Origin: Armatimonadota bacterium
GTDB lineage: Bacteria; Armatimonadota; SYMT01
NCBI GenBank assembly: GCA_041690135.1
Contig: JAWLHY010000014.1
Coordinates: forward strand, 14,140 to 78,139
Length of the DNA stretch: 64,000 nucleotides
Direction: 5' to 3'
Below the pieces are notes generated by a model. It searched no databases. It was given only the letters and a program-made list of their open reading frames with translations, and was not told where the DNA came from. A program made the translations under genes and the position numbers. Shown piece after piece: positions 38,303 through 48,779 of the stretch (its first letter is position 1; each line of letters begins with the position of its first letter).

Positions 38303-38785
38303 CCCATTCTCCTCTTCAGCATCCCAATTGCGCTTGAATTCCCGCGGCGAATAGTTCTAAATAATACGCTATGCCGCCGCAGGCTCGGCGGGTAATCCCA
38401 CCCGAACCCCTGTTGCCGAACCAAAGGCGCCCCGACACCTTGCCTGACTCCTTCACACTCTTGCACAACGCGCAAGTTAACAGGGGCACAAAGCAGTGCT
38501 CGTTTTCACGCAGTAACCTCATCCCCCGCCACCCGCACGCGGGTACCCGGCCTTCTCCGACACAGAGAAGGGGGCTATCGGTGCGTCACCACGACAGCGG
38601 TAGAGTTGCCAGCAACTTGCGCAGTGCGAAACCCCCGGGATCTCTGGAGCACCGCCACTGAATTAGGAAACCCTCCTGGATGCCAGGTTTCGGCATCCCA
38701 GTGGCCGCTGAGATTCCCCGAGGAGGCCCTCTTCGCTTTTCTCCTCTTTGCGGCTTTGCGTCTTTGGGCGAGATAAGAACAGTGA

Positions 38786-40192
38786 TCAATAGTCCCGGAA
38801 CGGCCCTCGCGGTGGGGCGGCGTCCATCTCCCGGCGCCAGGTGTCGAAGCGGGCGCGGACGCGGGCCAGGACTTCCGGATTCTCCGCGGAGAGGTCCCGC
38901 TGCTCGCCGGGGTCCGTGGTCAGATCGAACAGGCCTTTTCCTTTGGCGGAGTCGATCCACTTGTAGTTGCCAACCCGCGCGGCGCGGTCGCTGCGGCGCT
39001 GCCAGAACATCTCCGTCCGGCGGGAGGGCCGCACCCCCTGCAGGACGGGTGTGAGGTTGAAGCCGTCCAGGTGGACGCCTTTCGGCGCTTTCGCGCGCGC
39101 CGCGGCCAGGCAGGTCGGCAGGATCTCCAGAGAGGTGAGGAACTCGTCCGTCACGCGGCCCGCCGGCAGCCGCCGCGGCCACCGGGCGAGGAACGGCACC
39201 CGCAGGCCCCCCTCGAACATCTGCGCCTTGGTTCCGCGCAGGCCGCCGTTATCGGCCGGGCCGCCCCCGCCGTTGTCCGAATGGAAAAGGACGAGGGTGT
39301 CCTCTTCCAGGTCATGCCGGCGCAGGGTATCCAGCAGCTCCCCGATCGCCTCGTCCATGCAGGTGACCATCGCCATGTATTTGGTCCGGTTTGCCTTCGG
39401 GTCGTGGTTCGGGTACTGCTTGAGGTATTTCTCGGGGACCTGGTAGCGGTCTTTCTCCAGGTTGGAGGCGCTGTGCGGCGCGTTGAACGGGACGTAGAGA
39501 AAGAAGGGACGGCGAGCGTTCTCCTCGATGAACCGGACGACCTCGCGGCGGAAGAGGTCCGTGGCGTACCCCTCTTCCTTCACCCGCTCGTTGCCGCGGT
39601 ACATCGAGGGCACGCCGTACCGCTCGTGGGTCCAGTAGTCGATACCGGTGTTCGCGAAGCCGTAGAAGAAGTCGAAGCCCCGCTGGAGCGGGAGGAACCG
39701 CCGCGCCCGACCGCTGTCCCACTTCCCGACCACGCCCGTGCGGTAGCCCTTCGCCTGGAGCATCTCCCCGAGCGTCTTCTCCTGGACGTCGAGGCCCAGG
39801 GTCATCTCGGGGGAGACGGCATACTCCTCCTCCGTGAGCCGGTGGCCGTAATTGGTGACGTCGTTCCGGATCATGTCGTAGAGGCCGTTGCGCTGGGGGT
39901 AGCGCCCCGTGAGGAGACTGCCCCGCGACGGGGTGCACGCCGGCCAGGAGACGTAGAAGTTCGTGGCGCGGACCCCTTCCCGCGCGAGGCGGTCCAGGTT
40001 CGGCGTGCGGATCTCCTTCCCGCCGAAACAGCCGCCGTCCCCGTAGCCCTGGTCGTCCGACACGATGAGCAGGATGTTCGGCGCCCGTCGCCGCTCCGCC
40101 GCCTGCCCGATGCCCTGCCCTACGCCCACGCCGCCGGCCAGCAGCAGGAGCAGCAGGATCCCCGCTCGATTTCTCACCCGGTTCCGCATCAT
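38786..40192 (-). CDS. secreted sulfatase
   Basis: Signal peptide, PNILLIVSDDQGYGD, CTPSR, GKWD, NAPH, SDNG, EGGLRVP. Confidence 0.92.
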   Translation of the reverse strand: MMRNRVRNRAGILLLLLLAGGVGVGQGIGQAAERRRAPNILLIVSDDQGYGDGGCFGGKEIRTPNLDRLAREGVRATNFYVSWPACTPSRGSLLTGRYPQRNGLYDMIRNDVTNYGHRLTEEEYAVSPEMTLGLDVQEKTLGEMLQAKGYRTGVVGKWDSGRARRFLPLQRGFDFFYGFANTGIDYWTHERYGVPSMYRGNERVKEEGYATDLFRREVVRFIEENARRPFFLYVPFNAPHSASNLEKDRYQVPEKYLKQYPNHDPKANRTKYMAMVTCMDEAIGELLDTLRRHDLEEDTLVLFHSDNGGGGPADNGGLRGTKAQMFEGGLRVPFLARWPRRLPAGRVTDEFLTSLEILPTCLAAARAKAPKGVHLDGFNLTPVLQGVRPSRRTEMFWQRRSDRAARVGNYKWIDSAKGKGLFDLTTDPGEQRDLSAENPEVLARVRARFDTWRREMDAAPPRGPFRDY

Positions 40193-40544
40193 CGTCTCCC
40201 CGTCCGTTGTCTCCTGACTGGGTTCGCGAACGGGGGCGGTCGTTCCTGTTGTGGGGTGCGGTTTTCGACACAGAGAAACGCAGAGGAGGACGAGAAGGGA
40301 CACAGAGGGTCGGAAAGGGCCGGACACGGATAACACGGATCGGACGGATGGGTACGGAACGCTTCGCTCGAGAGGGGACGAGGGCCGTGGTCGATATGGA
40401 CGTGTGGACCGGGCTTGGTGTTGGAACCCATGGCGGACCAACCGTAGGGAGACAGTTTGGCGAAACAGTGGAGGGTCCTCGGGGGTCAGTCCAAGCGTAG
40501 GGGTTCTGTTGGTGCACCCTCCGGGTGGGTCTCGAGGAGATGGG

Positions 40545-43346
40545 ATGGGCTCCCGAACGGTTTCTATCGCCGCCGCACTGATGGTCACGGCCCTGTGGGG
40601 CGGGACGCTGGCGGCACAGGAGCGGGTCGATTACCTGAAGCAGGTCAAGCCGGTGCTCACGGCCCGGTGCGTCTCCTGCCATGGGGTGCTCCGGCAGAAC
40701 GGGGGCCTGCGCCTGGACACGGCGGCCTTTGCACGGAAGGGTGGGGACAGCGGTCCCGCCCTCCTTCCCGGAAACCCCGGGGCCAGCCCCCTGCTGCAGC
40801 GGGTCACGGCCGCGGAGCACGAGGGGCGCATGCCGCCGGAGGGGGAGCCGCTGAAGCCGGAGGAGATCCGGGCGCTGCGGGCCTGGATCCAGGCGAAGGC
40901 GCCGGCGCCCGCGAACGAGGCGCCGGAGCAGGACCCGCGCGACCACTGGGCGTTCCGTCCTGTTGTCAAGCCGCCCGTCCCCAAGGTCGCCAACACGAAA
41001 TGGGTGCGTAACCCGATCGATGCCTTCCTCGCGCAGCGCCACCAGGAGAAGGGACTGAAGCCCCAGCCGGAAGCGCCTCGACTGGTGCTGATCCGCCGCC
41101 TCTACCTCGACCTGCTTGGCGTCCCGCCCACCCCGGAAGAGCTCGCGCTGGCGGAGCGGGAGCTGGTGGCGGTGGAGGGGAGAGAGCGGAGGGGGGAGGG
41201 GGACGGAGTAAGAGTAGGAGTAAGAGTAAGAGTAGGAGTAGGAGTAGGAGTGAGGGGGGTGGCCCCTCCTAATCCTCATCTTAATCGTAATCCTAATCCT
41301 CCCACGGGGGCTTACCATCGCTTGGTGGAGCGGCTGCTGGCGGACCCGCGGTATGGGGAGCGGTGGGCGCGGCACTGGATGGATATCTGGCGCTACAGCG
41401 ACTGGTGGGGGCTGGGGGAGCAGCTTCGCAACAGTCAGCCGCATATCTGGCACTGGCGCGACTGGATGATCGAGGCGCTGAACGCGGACACCCCTTACGA
41501 CGAGATGGTCCGGCAGATGCTGGCCGCGGACGAACTGTATCCGAAGGACCTCCAGCGGCTGCGGGCGACGGGGTTCCTGGCGCGGAACTACTTCCTCTTC
41601 AACCGCCATCAGTGGATGGAAGAGACGGTCGAGCACGTGAGCAAGGGGCTGCTGGGGCTGACCGTCAACTGCGCCAAATGCCACGACCACAAGTACGACC
41701 CGATCAAGCAGGCCGACTTTTACAAGCTGCGCGCCTTCTTCGAGCCGTATCACGTGCGCCTGGACGTGGCGCCCGGCGAGCCGGACCTGGCCCGGAACGG
41801 CATCCCGCGCGTCTTCGACGGCCAGCTCGATACGCCCACCTACCTCTTCATCCGGGGCCAGGAGACGCAGCCGGATAAGTCCACGCCGATCGCTCCCGGC
41901 GTCCCGGCGCTGCTGGCGTTCAAGCCATTAAAGATCCAGCCGGTGAACCTCCCTGCGGAAGCCTGGCAGCCGGAGCGGCAACCGTGGGTGCTGGAGACCC
42001 ACCTCGAAGCGGCCCGGAAAGGGGTCGCGGCGGCTCGGGCGACGCTGGAGAAGGCCCAGAACTGCGGCGAGGATTCCGCGAAGGGCAAAGCCGAGCTGGC
42101 CCTGGAAGTGGCCCAGGCGGAGTTGACCCGGGTGGAGCGGGTGGCGGAGGCGATGCGGGCTGGTTGGGCTGGGGACGGTGCTGGAGTAGGAGTAGGAGTA
42201 GGAGTAAGAAGCTCGGCGGAGGAGTTGCGCGCGGCGGCGGTGTGGGCGGAGCGGGAGGTGGCGGCGGCGCGGGCGCGGCTGACGGTGGCCGAGGCGGAGG
42301 AGAAGGTCCGGAAGGCGGACGCCAGGCAGAAGGCGGCGCGGGAGAAGGAGTTGGCGGCGGCGCGGGCAGCCCTGGAGAAGGCGGTCCAGCGACTGGCCGC
42401 CCCCGTGGGCCCGGACGAACGCTACACGCCGCTGACCGGTGCCCGGTGGACGCCCACCCGCTTCCAGTTCTCCGGTAAGGACGACCCTCCCGTGGCGTTC
42501 AGCCCGCGCAGCAGCGGACGGCGGACGGCGCTGGCGGACTGGATCACGGACCGGCGCAACCCGCTGACGGCCCGGGTGGCGGTGAACCACCTCTGGACCC
42601 GGCACATGGGGACGCCGCTGGTCGCGACGACGTTCGACTTCGGTCGCAAAGGCGCCGCGCCGACCCATCCGGAGTTGCTCGACTGGCTGGCGGCGGAGTT
42701 CATGGAGCAGGGGTGGAGCATGAAGCATGTCCACCGGCTCATCGTCACCTCCGCGGCCTACCGGATGTCGTCTTCCCAGCGGGGCGCGGAGGCCAATCGC
42801 GCGAAAGACCCGGATAACGTGTACCTCTGGCGGCGCGAGCCGATCCGGGTCGAGGCGGAAGTGGTGCGGGACTCCCTCCTCGCGCTGGCCGGCACGCTCG
42901 ACCCGACCCGCGGCGGCCCTCCGGTCCCCGCGGCGGAGCAGGCGGCCTCGCGGCGGCGGAGCCTCTACTTCTTCCATTCGGACATCAACCGGAACCTGTT
43001 CCTCACCACCTTCGACGGCGCCGCCGTGCGGGAGTGTTACCGCCGGGAGCAGAGCATCGTGCCGCAGCAGGCCCTGGCGCTCACGAACAGCGACCTGGTT
43101 CTGGAGACCGCCGGGAAGATCGCGGAACGGCTGTCCCAGGGAGCGGCCGGAGCGGCGCCGCTGGACGACCGCGCCTTCATCCGGCGGGCGTTCGCCCTGA
43201 TGCTGGGAACAGAGGCCGGGGAGGCGGAGGTCGCCGCCAGCCTGCGGGCGCTGGAAGCCTGGCGGGGCCAGGGGCAGGAGTCTTCGGCGCGCGCGCACTT
43301 TATCTGGGTGATGATCAACCACAATGACTTCGTGACGCTGCGTTAG
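40545..43346 (+). CDS. planctomycete-type cytochrome c + DUF1549 + DUF1553 protein
   Basis: CVSCHG, NPIDAF, YGERWARHWMD, CAKCHDHKYDP, PTHPELLDWLA, PQQALAL. AGGAG upstream of ATG 40545. Confidence 0.92.
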   Translation: MGSRTVSIAAALMVTALWGGTLAAQERVDYLKQVKPVLTARCVSCHGVLRQNGGLRLDTAAFARKGGDSGPALLPGNPGASPLLQRVTAAEHEGRMPPEGEPLKPEEIRALRAWIQAKAPAPANEAPEQDPRDHWAFRPVVKPPVPKVANTKWVRNPIDAFLAQRHQEKGLKPQPEAPRLVLIRRLYLDLLGVPPTPEELALAERELVAVEGRERRGEGDGVRVGVRVRVGVGVGVRGVAPPNPHLNRNPNPPTGAYHRLVERLLADPRYGERWARHWMDIWRYSDWWGLGEQLRNSQPHIWHWRDWMIEALNADTPYDEMVRQMLAADELYPKDLQRLRATGFLARNYFLFNRHQWMEETVEHVSKGLLGLTVNCAKCHDHKYDPIKQADFYKLRAFFEPYHVRLDVAPGEPDLARNGIPRVFDGQLDTPTYLFIRGQETQPDKSTPIAPGVPALLAFKPLKIQPVNLPAEAWQPERQPWVLETHLEAARKGVAAARATLEKAQNCGEDSAKGKAELALEVAQAELTRVERVAEAMRAGWAGDGAGVGVGVGVRSSAEELRAAAVWAEREVAAARARLTVAEAEEKVRKADARQKAAREKELAAARAALEKAVQRLAAPVGPDERYTPLTGARWTPTRFQFSGKDDPPVAFSPRSSGRRTALADWITDRRNPLTARVAVNHLWTRHMGTPLVATTFDFGRKGAAPTHPELLDWLAAEFMEQGWSMKHVHRLIVTSAAYRMSSSQRGAEANRAKDPDNVYLWRREPIRVEAEVVRDSLLALAGTLDPTRGGPPVPAAEQAASRRRSLYFFHSDINRNLFLTTFDGAAVRECYRREQSIVPQQALALTNSDLVLETAGKIAERLSQGAAGAAPLDDRAFIRRAFALMLGTEAGEAEVAASLRALEAWRGQGQESSARAHFIWVMINHNDFVTLR

Positions 43347-43742
43347 CCACAGATTTCACAGATTATGGGAAGAGGATGAGCGGATCGGACCGGGAGGGCT
43401 AGCTGTCCACAGATGACGCAGATGGGAAAGATGGGAAAGCCGAATAGGCGAAGATGGGCTTGAAAGGTCAACCGCTACTGGCAACAGTCTCCAGTCGCCG
43501 GGGCTGTTGAAGTCGTCAGAGTGAGCATGCCGGAGTGCCGAGCTTGCTCGGCTGGTAGGTGTTGTGGTTGACAGGTATTCGTTATGGGACGTACCACACC
43601 GGCCCTCCCCCGGAGTGTGGCAACATCACCTTCCGAAGAGTCTTGAAACGGCTGACGGACCGGGTGAGCAGGGACGGAGTGGAGAGGTAGGGGTGAAATG
43701 ATGGGTGGGCGTAATCCCTGGGGGCCGGAAGGAAAGAGCGGT

Positions 43743-45194
43743 ATGGACCCTTGCTACTGTACGGGGCGGAGGAGCCGGCGGACGTTTCTGACGGATATGG
43801 GGATGGGGTTTACGGGCCTGGCGCTGGCGGCAATGCTCCAGCGGGACGGGTATGCCGCGACCTCTACCTGGACGCCGCCCAACGGGCAGCCGCATTTCAC
43901 GCCGAAGGCGAAGAGCGTCATCTGGTTGTTCATGAACGGGGGCGTGAGTCACCTGGAGAGCTTCGATCCCAAGCCGATGGTGACGAAATACGCCGGCAAG
44001 ACGATCGCCGAGACCCCTTTCGCGGACGCGCAGGACCCCAAGAAGCTGGCGATCGAGCGGGCAGTGGTCCCCGACGCCAACGGCAACCAGCGCAATACCC
44101 TGTTCCCGCTGCAGACCGGCTTCCGCAAGCACGGGCAGAGCGGCATCGAGATCAGCGACTGGTTCCCGCACATCGCCCGGCACGCCGACCGGCTGGCCGT
44201 GATCCGCTCTCTCTGGACTACCGACAGCAACCACGGGGCGCAGACCGAGTTCCACAGCGGCCGGAACCGGCTGGACGGGGATTTCCCCACCCTCGGCGCG
44301 TGGGTCCACTACGGTCTCGGCACCCTGAATGAAAACCTGCCCCAGTTCATCTCCCTCGGCTTCCGCGAGTACTGGAACAAGCGGGACGGGCACTACCTGG
44401 GACCGGTCCACGATGCCGTGCCGCTGCGGATCGATCCGAAGAACCCGCTCGACTTCGGGCGCCCGGCGCGCCATTTCCCCACCGAGGCCCACGCGACGGG
44501 CGTGGATCTCCTCCGGGAGCTGAACCGGCTGCGCGGCATCGAGTACCCGGACGACCCGGCACTCTCGGCCCGGATCGCCTCGTATGAGCTCGCCTTCCGG
44601 ATGCAGCGCTCGATCCCGGAGGTGCTGGACTTCTCCAAGGAGTCCGAGAAGACCCGGGAGCTCTATGGTCTGAACCTGCCCCACTGCCGGGACTTCGGCT
44701 CCCAGCTCCTGGCCGCCCGCCGCTTCGTGGAGCGGGGGGTGCGCTTCATCCAGATCCAGCACGGCGGGGGCGGCGCGGGCGCCTGGGACTCGCACAGCGG
44801 CCTGAAGGCGAGCCATTCCCGCCTGGCCCTGGCCGTGGACCAGCCGATCGGCGCGCTGCTGGAAGACCTCCACCAGCGCGGGTTACTGGACGAGACGCTG
44901 GTCGTGTTCGCCACCGAGTTCGGTCGCACGCCCGGCTCCCAGGGCTCCGACGGCCGCGACCACCACATCTTCGGCTTCAGCGCCTGGATGGCGGGCGGGG
45001 GGTTGAAGGGCGGCATCGCCCACGGCGCCACGGACGAGATCGGGTTCCACGCCGTGGAGAATCGCCACTACGTCACCGACCTCCACGCCACCCTCCTGCA
45101 CCAGCTCGGCCTCGACTCCCGCAAGCTGGAGATCCCCGGCCGCAAGCGCCTGGAGATCGATCACGGCCAGCCGATCCGGGAAATCATTGCGTGA
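43743..45194 (+). CDS. DUF1501 family protein
   Basis: SRRTFL Tat motif, [36 protein letters not shown]. Confidence 0.92.
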   Translation: MDPCYCTGRRSRRTFLTDMGMGFTGLALAAMLQRDGYAATSTWTPPNGQPHFTPKAKSVIWLFMNGGVSHLESFDPKPMVTKYAGKTIAETPFADAQDPKKLAIERAVVPDANGNQRNTLFPLQTGFRKHGQSGIEISDWFPHIARHADRLAVIRSLWTTDSNHGAQTEFHSGRNRLDGDFPTLGAWVHYGLGTLNENLPQFISLGFREYWNKRDGHYLGPVHDAVPLRIDPKNPLDFGRPARHFPTEAHATGVDLLRELNRLRGIEYPDDPALSARIASYELAFRMQRSIPEVLDFSKESEKTRELYGLNLPHCRDFGSQLLAARRFVERGVRFIQIQHGGGGAGAWDSHSGLKASHSRLALAVDQPIGALLEDLHQRGLLDETLVVFATEFGRTPGSQGSDGRDHHIFGFSAWMAGGGLKGGIAHGATDEIGFHAVENRHYVTDLHATLLHQLGLDSRKLEIPGRKRLEIDHGQPIREIIA

Positions 45195-45394
45195 CCGGAC
45201 CGAACCTTCACCACGGAGACACGGAGACTCAGAGGGCACACGGAGAGGGGAACGAGAGGGAAGGGAGAGTGGGTTGCCACTCTCTGATTTGCGCTAACGC
45301 CTGAACCTGTCGGTCCATATACGATCTATTTGGATCCAGTTTTCGCTTTCCTTTTCTTCCCCTTTGCGCCTTTGCGGCTTGGCGCGAGATGCCT

Positions 45395-46474
45395 TCAATT
45401 CTCCAGCCAGTCTTCGAGACGGCGGAGGGGCATGTCGGCCAGGAAGTGCCGCACGCTCTGCGCTTTTCCGGAGCGGAGGGCGAAGAGGGCGCCGGAGTAC
45501 GGATAGGGGAGTGCCGCCGCGGCGAAGGCCCGCTGGTCCGTGATCGGGCTTAGCTCGGCGTAGGTGGCCTCGATGCGCCGGACGAACGCCTCGTAGCGGT
45601 GCTTCTGCCCGTCATACGCCTGCCGCAGCTCCGGAAAATAGGCCAGGAACTCCGCCTCTTCGTTGAGGCGGACCAGGTCCAGCAGGCCCCGCTCCGTAAC
45701 GCTCTCCTTCAGGTGCGCCAGGGTCACGTACCGGGTCCCCTTGATCTTCACCCGGTGGAAGCGGTGGTCGCAGACCACTACCCCTTCACTCTGCATGGGG
45801 TCGAGCGCGCCCGTATGCGCCAGCACCCGTTCCAGGGCGTCGAGGGCATGGCGGTCGATGCACTCCCAGCCGTACCGCTCCGCGTAGGTCTCCGGCCGCT
45901 CTTCCTGGAACGTGCGCGCGCAGCGGACCCCGTGGAGCACGAGGCGCCGGTCCTGATAGGGCACCACCACCCGGTTGAAGGGGGTGCACAGCTCGAACAT
46001 GAAGGTGTGGCCCGTCTCCTCCGGGAGCGAATAGCCCAGGCTGTTCCACGTTTCCCAGAACACCTCGGCGAACGTGCGGCTGATGCCGGGCGTGGGGCCG
46101 GAAGCATCCGGGAGTCCGGACGAGGCCACGCGCCATTCGTCCGCATAGTGGTAGAGGCACATGAGGGAGCCGTCCAGCTTTTCGTAGACGGTGGCGGTGC
46201 TCCAGTCGATCGGCGCCGCGTGCGGCTCGCCGTGGTTGAAGAACTTGAAGTAGGGCACGGCCACCGCTTCCCACTCGCGCGCCTCATCCACGATCAGGCC
46301 GCGGCACTGCTGGACCACGACCTCGGCCATCGGGCTCTCGATCTGGGAGTACTTGAGCAGCACGAGGTGCGGGAACAGCCCGTGCCGCCGGGCGGAGACC
46401 GCGTAACTCCGGCACAGGTGGTCCAAACCATGGTCGCGCAGGTGCTGCTGCACCGCCAGTGTGACCCTCGACAT
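45395..46474 (-). CDS. T4 Rnl1-like RNA ligase
   Basis: CRGLI, KFFN, motif I EKLDGS, FELC, EGVVV, RVKIK. Confidence 0.85.
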   Translation of the reverse strand: MSRVTLAVQQHLRDHGLDHLCRSYAVSARRHGLFPHLVLLKYSQIESPMAEVVVQQCRGLIVDEAREWEAVAVPYFKFFNHGEPHAAPIDWSTATVYEKLDGSLMCLYHYADEWRVASSGLPDASGPTPGISRTFAEVFWETWNSLGYSLPEETGHTFMFELCTPFNRVVVPYQDRRLVLHGVRCARTFQEERPETYAERYGWECIDRHALDALERVLAHTGALDPMQSEGVVVCDHRFHRVKIKGTRYVTLAHLKESVTERGLLDLVRLNEEAEFLAYFPELRQAYDGQKHRYEAFVRRIEATYAELSPITDQRAFAAAALPYPYSGALFALRSGKAQSVRHFLADMPLRRLEDWLEN

Positions 46475-46753
46475 GCGTCCGCCCTCCTCGCTCCCGGCCG
46501 CTCCCCGATTCCTCGACCGGGCTGCCGGCCCTCATCCTACCGCACCGCGCGAGGACATGGAAAGGCGTGTTACTGTAATGGTGGACATGTACGCGGATAG
46601 CCTGTCGAGTAGGTCTCGGTCGCACCCGCAGCGAACTGGAATATAATCGTTTTAGAATGAACTAGCCTGAAAGTAACCGTTTTGGTACAGCGGTAAGCGA
46701 TTTGGTACGGTAGCCACCGCTGATAACCCTCCCCATCCGAACCCGAGATCCCC

Positions 46754-48295
46754 ATGACGTATTCCACACGTGCCGTCTCTACACCCGTGGGTCAACTGGC
46801 GCTCCACATGGATTTCGGCCTGAGCTGTCCGTTCCCTGCCGTGCAGAGTTACATCATTGCCGGCGCGAGGCGGACGCGGGAGGGGGAGACCCACACCCAG
46901 GAGTACTACCCGCCCCACTACAGCACGGATGGGACAGCAATCGGCAACTTGCGATTCGCTCTCAGACATGAGCCGCTCGATCTCGGTGTCATCCATAGAT
47001 CCCTGCAAGCAATCGGTCCGGCCGGAATCGAGGCGTGGGTGCGGGCCGAGCCCACGGGTGAGTTCAGCCGGCGCGCCTGGTTCCTGTACGAAACGCTGAC
47101 GGGAGAGACCCTCGACCTGGACCCCGTCCGCACGGGAAACTACGTCAACGCGCTTGATGAGAAGCGGCACTTCGTCGCCTCTTCGCGCAACTCCAGCCGG
47201 CACCGGGTGCGGGACAACCTCCTGGGAACCCGGCTCCTGTGCCCGACGATCCGGCGCACTCCAAAGCTGGAGGCGATGATCCGGGAACAGCTCTCCGAGG
47301 AGGTGAAGGCCCTCACGACCCACTACGCGCCCGAAGCCCTCGCGCGGGCGGTCAGCTTTCTCTATACGAAGGAAACCCGGTCCTCGTTCGCGATCGAAGG
47401 CGAAGCGCCCAGCGCCCAGCGCGAGGAGCGGTTCATCCAGGCGCTTCAGCGCATCGCCTCCTTTGACTCCGGCGACAAGGCCGCACTGATCCAACTCCAG
47501 CAGAGCATCGTTGACCCGCGCTACGCCGCGGACGACTGGCGGACCAACCAGAACTTCGTCGCCGAGACCACGCGCCACTTCGGCCAGCACGTGCACTTCA
47601 TCTGCCCGCGCCCCCAGGACGTGCCTTCGCTGATGGAGGGCTGGATGGCGCTTACGGGACGGGTCCTGAGTGACCCCCTCGACCCGGTGCTCGCGGCAGC
47701 CGTCAGCGCTTTCGCCTTTGTCTTCATCCACCCGTTCGAAGACGGCAACGGGCGCATCCACCGGTTCGTGATCCACGACGTTCTTGCCAAGCGGGGCTTC
47801 AGCCCGCCGGGGGTGATCTTCCCGGTGAGCGCCGCCATCCTGCGCCAGCGACATCTCTACGACCAGGCCCTGGATGCATTCTCCCGGCCCCTGCTGCCGG
47901 CGATCGAGTGGCGCTGGACACCCCAAAGTGAAATCGTGGTCGAGAACGACACCCTCGACCTCTACCGGTTTTTCGATGCAACCGTGCAGGCCGAGTACCT
48001 GTACGATCGTGTTGCCGAGACGATTCGGGTGGATCTGAAGGAAGAACTGGAGTTCCTGGAGGTCTACGATGCCGCATACCAGGCCGTAGTCGCCATTGTG
48101 GACATGCCGAACCGACGCGCGGCGCTCCTGGTAAAGATGCTCCTGCAGAACGGGGGCCGCCTGTCGAAGAACAAACGGAAGCAGTTCGCGGAACTCACGG
48201 ATGAGGAGATCGAGCGGATGGAGAATGCCATCCAAGAGATCCTCCGCACGTCGTCCGAAAACTCTCCGTCGCGCCACCCTCATGCAGCAACTTGA
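46754..48295 (+). CDS. Fic family protein
   Basis: Canonical HPFEDGNGRIHR motif; ETRSSFAIEGE; YRFFDAT. Confidence 0.92.
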   Translation: MTYSTRAVSTPVGQLALHMDFGLSCPFPAVQSYIIAGARRTREGETHTQEYYPPHYSTDGTAIGNLRFALRHEPLDLGVIHRSLQAIGPAGIEAWVRAEPTGEFSRRAWFLYETLTGETLDLDPVRTGNYVNALDEKRHFVASSRNSSRHRVRDNLLGTRLLCPTIRRTPKLEAMIREQLSEEVKALTTHYAPEALARAVSFLYTKETRSSFAIEGEAPSAQREERFIQALQRIASFDSGDKAALIQLQQSIVDPRYAADDWRTNQNFVAETTRHFGQHVHFICPRPQDVPSLMEGWMALTGRVLSDPLDPVLAAAVSAFAFVFIHPFEDGNGRIHRFVIHDVLAKRGFSPPGVIFPVSAAILRQRHLYDQALDAFSRPLLPAIEWRWTPQSEIVVENDTLDLYRFFDATVQAEYLYDRVAETIRVDLKEELEFLEVYDAAYQAVVAIVDMPNRRAALLVKMLLQNGGRLSKNKRKQFAELTDEEIERMENAIQEILRTSSENSPSRHPHAAT

Positions 48296-48719
48296 CCAGA
48301 CGCTTTCGCAGGGTGCAATCGAGGAACGCACCGGTTGTACCGCTTCTCCAGGCGTTGCGGATGCGCGGCTGAGTGCGCTGGAGCGGGCGCGGGAGGCAGA
48401 TCGCGCGTGGCGGGCGGAACACGTTGAGCGGCTTCGGAAGAGGATCGCCAGAGCCCCCACATTCGCAGGGGCCATCGGTATATTGGTCTCCGCTGGGATG
48501 TTGCTCGGGTACATCTGCACGGATATCGGGCGGGGCGTTCCCGGCGGGGGCGTTACGCTATGGCAGTTTCTCTTCCACTTCTCGATCTTACCGATTCAGA
48601 TTACGGTAAGTGTGGGCGGTACTCTCTGGCAAGACAGGTTGAAGAAGGAGTTGGCGCAGTTTGAGGAGCATCCGCATCCTCACCCCGCGGAGCCGCACCT
48701 CGACCCACCAGTCGCTTAA
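48282..48719 (+). CDS. hypothetical 2-TM protein (family member 2)
   Basis: LERAREADRAWR, two TM segments, RLKKELA. The start overlaps the end of the Fic gene by 14 nt. Confidence 0.7.
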   Translation: MQQLDQTLSQGAIEERTGCTASPGVADARLSALERAREADRAWRAEHVERLRKRIARAPTFAGAIGILVSAGMLLGYICTDIGRGVPGGGVTLWQFLFHFSILPIQITVSVGGTLWQDRLKKELAQFEEHPHPHPAEPHLDPPVA

Positions 48720-48779
48720 CCCCCAGCGTGGACGGCCCTCATTGGATGGCTGGTCCGGACGTTGGAGCCCCCGGTCCCG

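Noticed and set aside
38303-38785. Riboswitch or ncRNA in long intergenic gaps (also 31066-31345 and 43347-43742)
   Set aside because: No recognisable consensus by eye; an Rfam scan would be needed.
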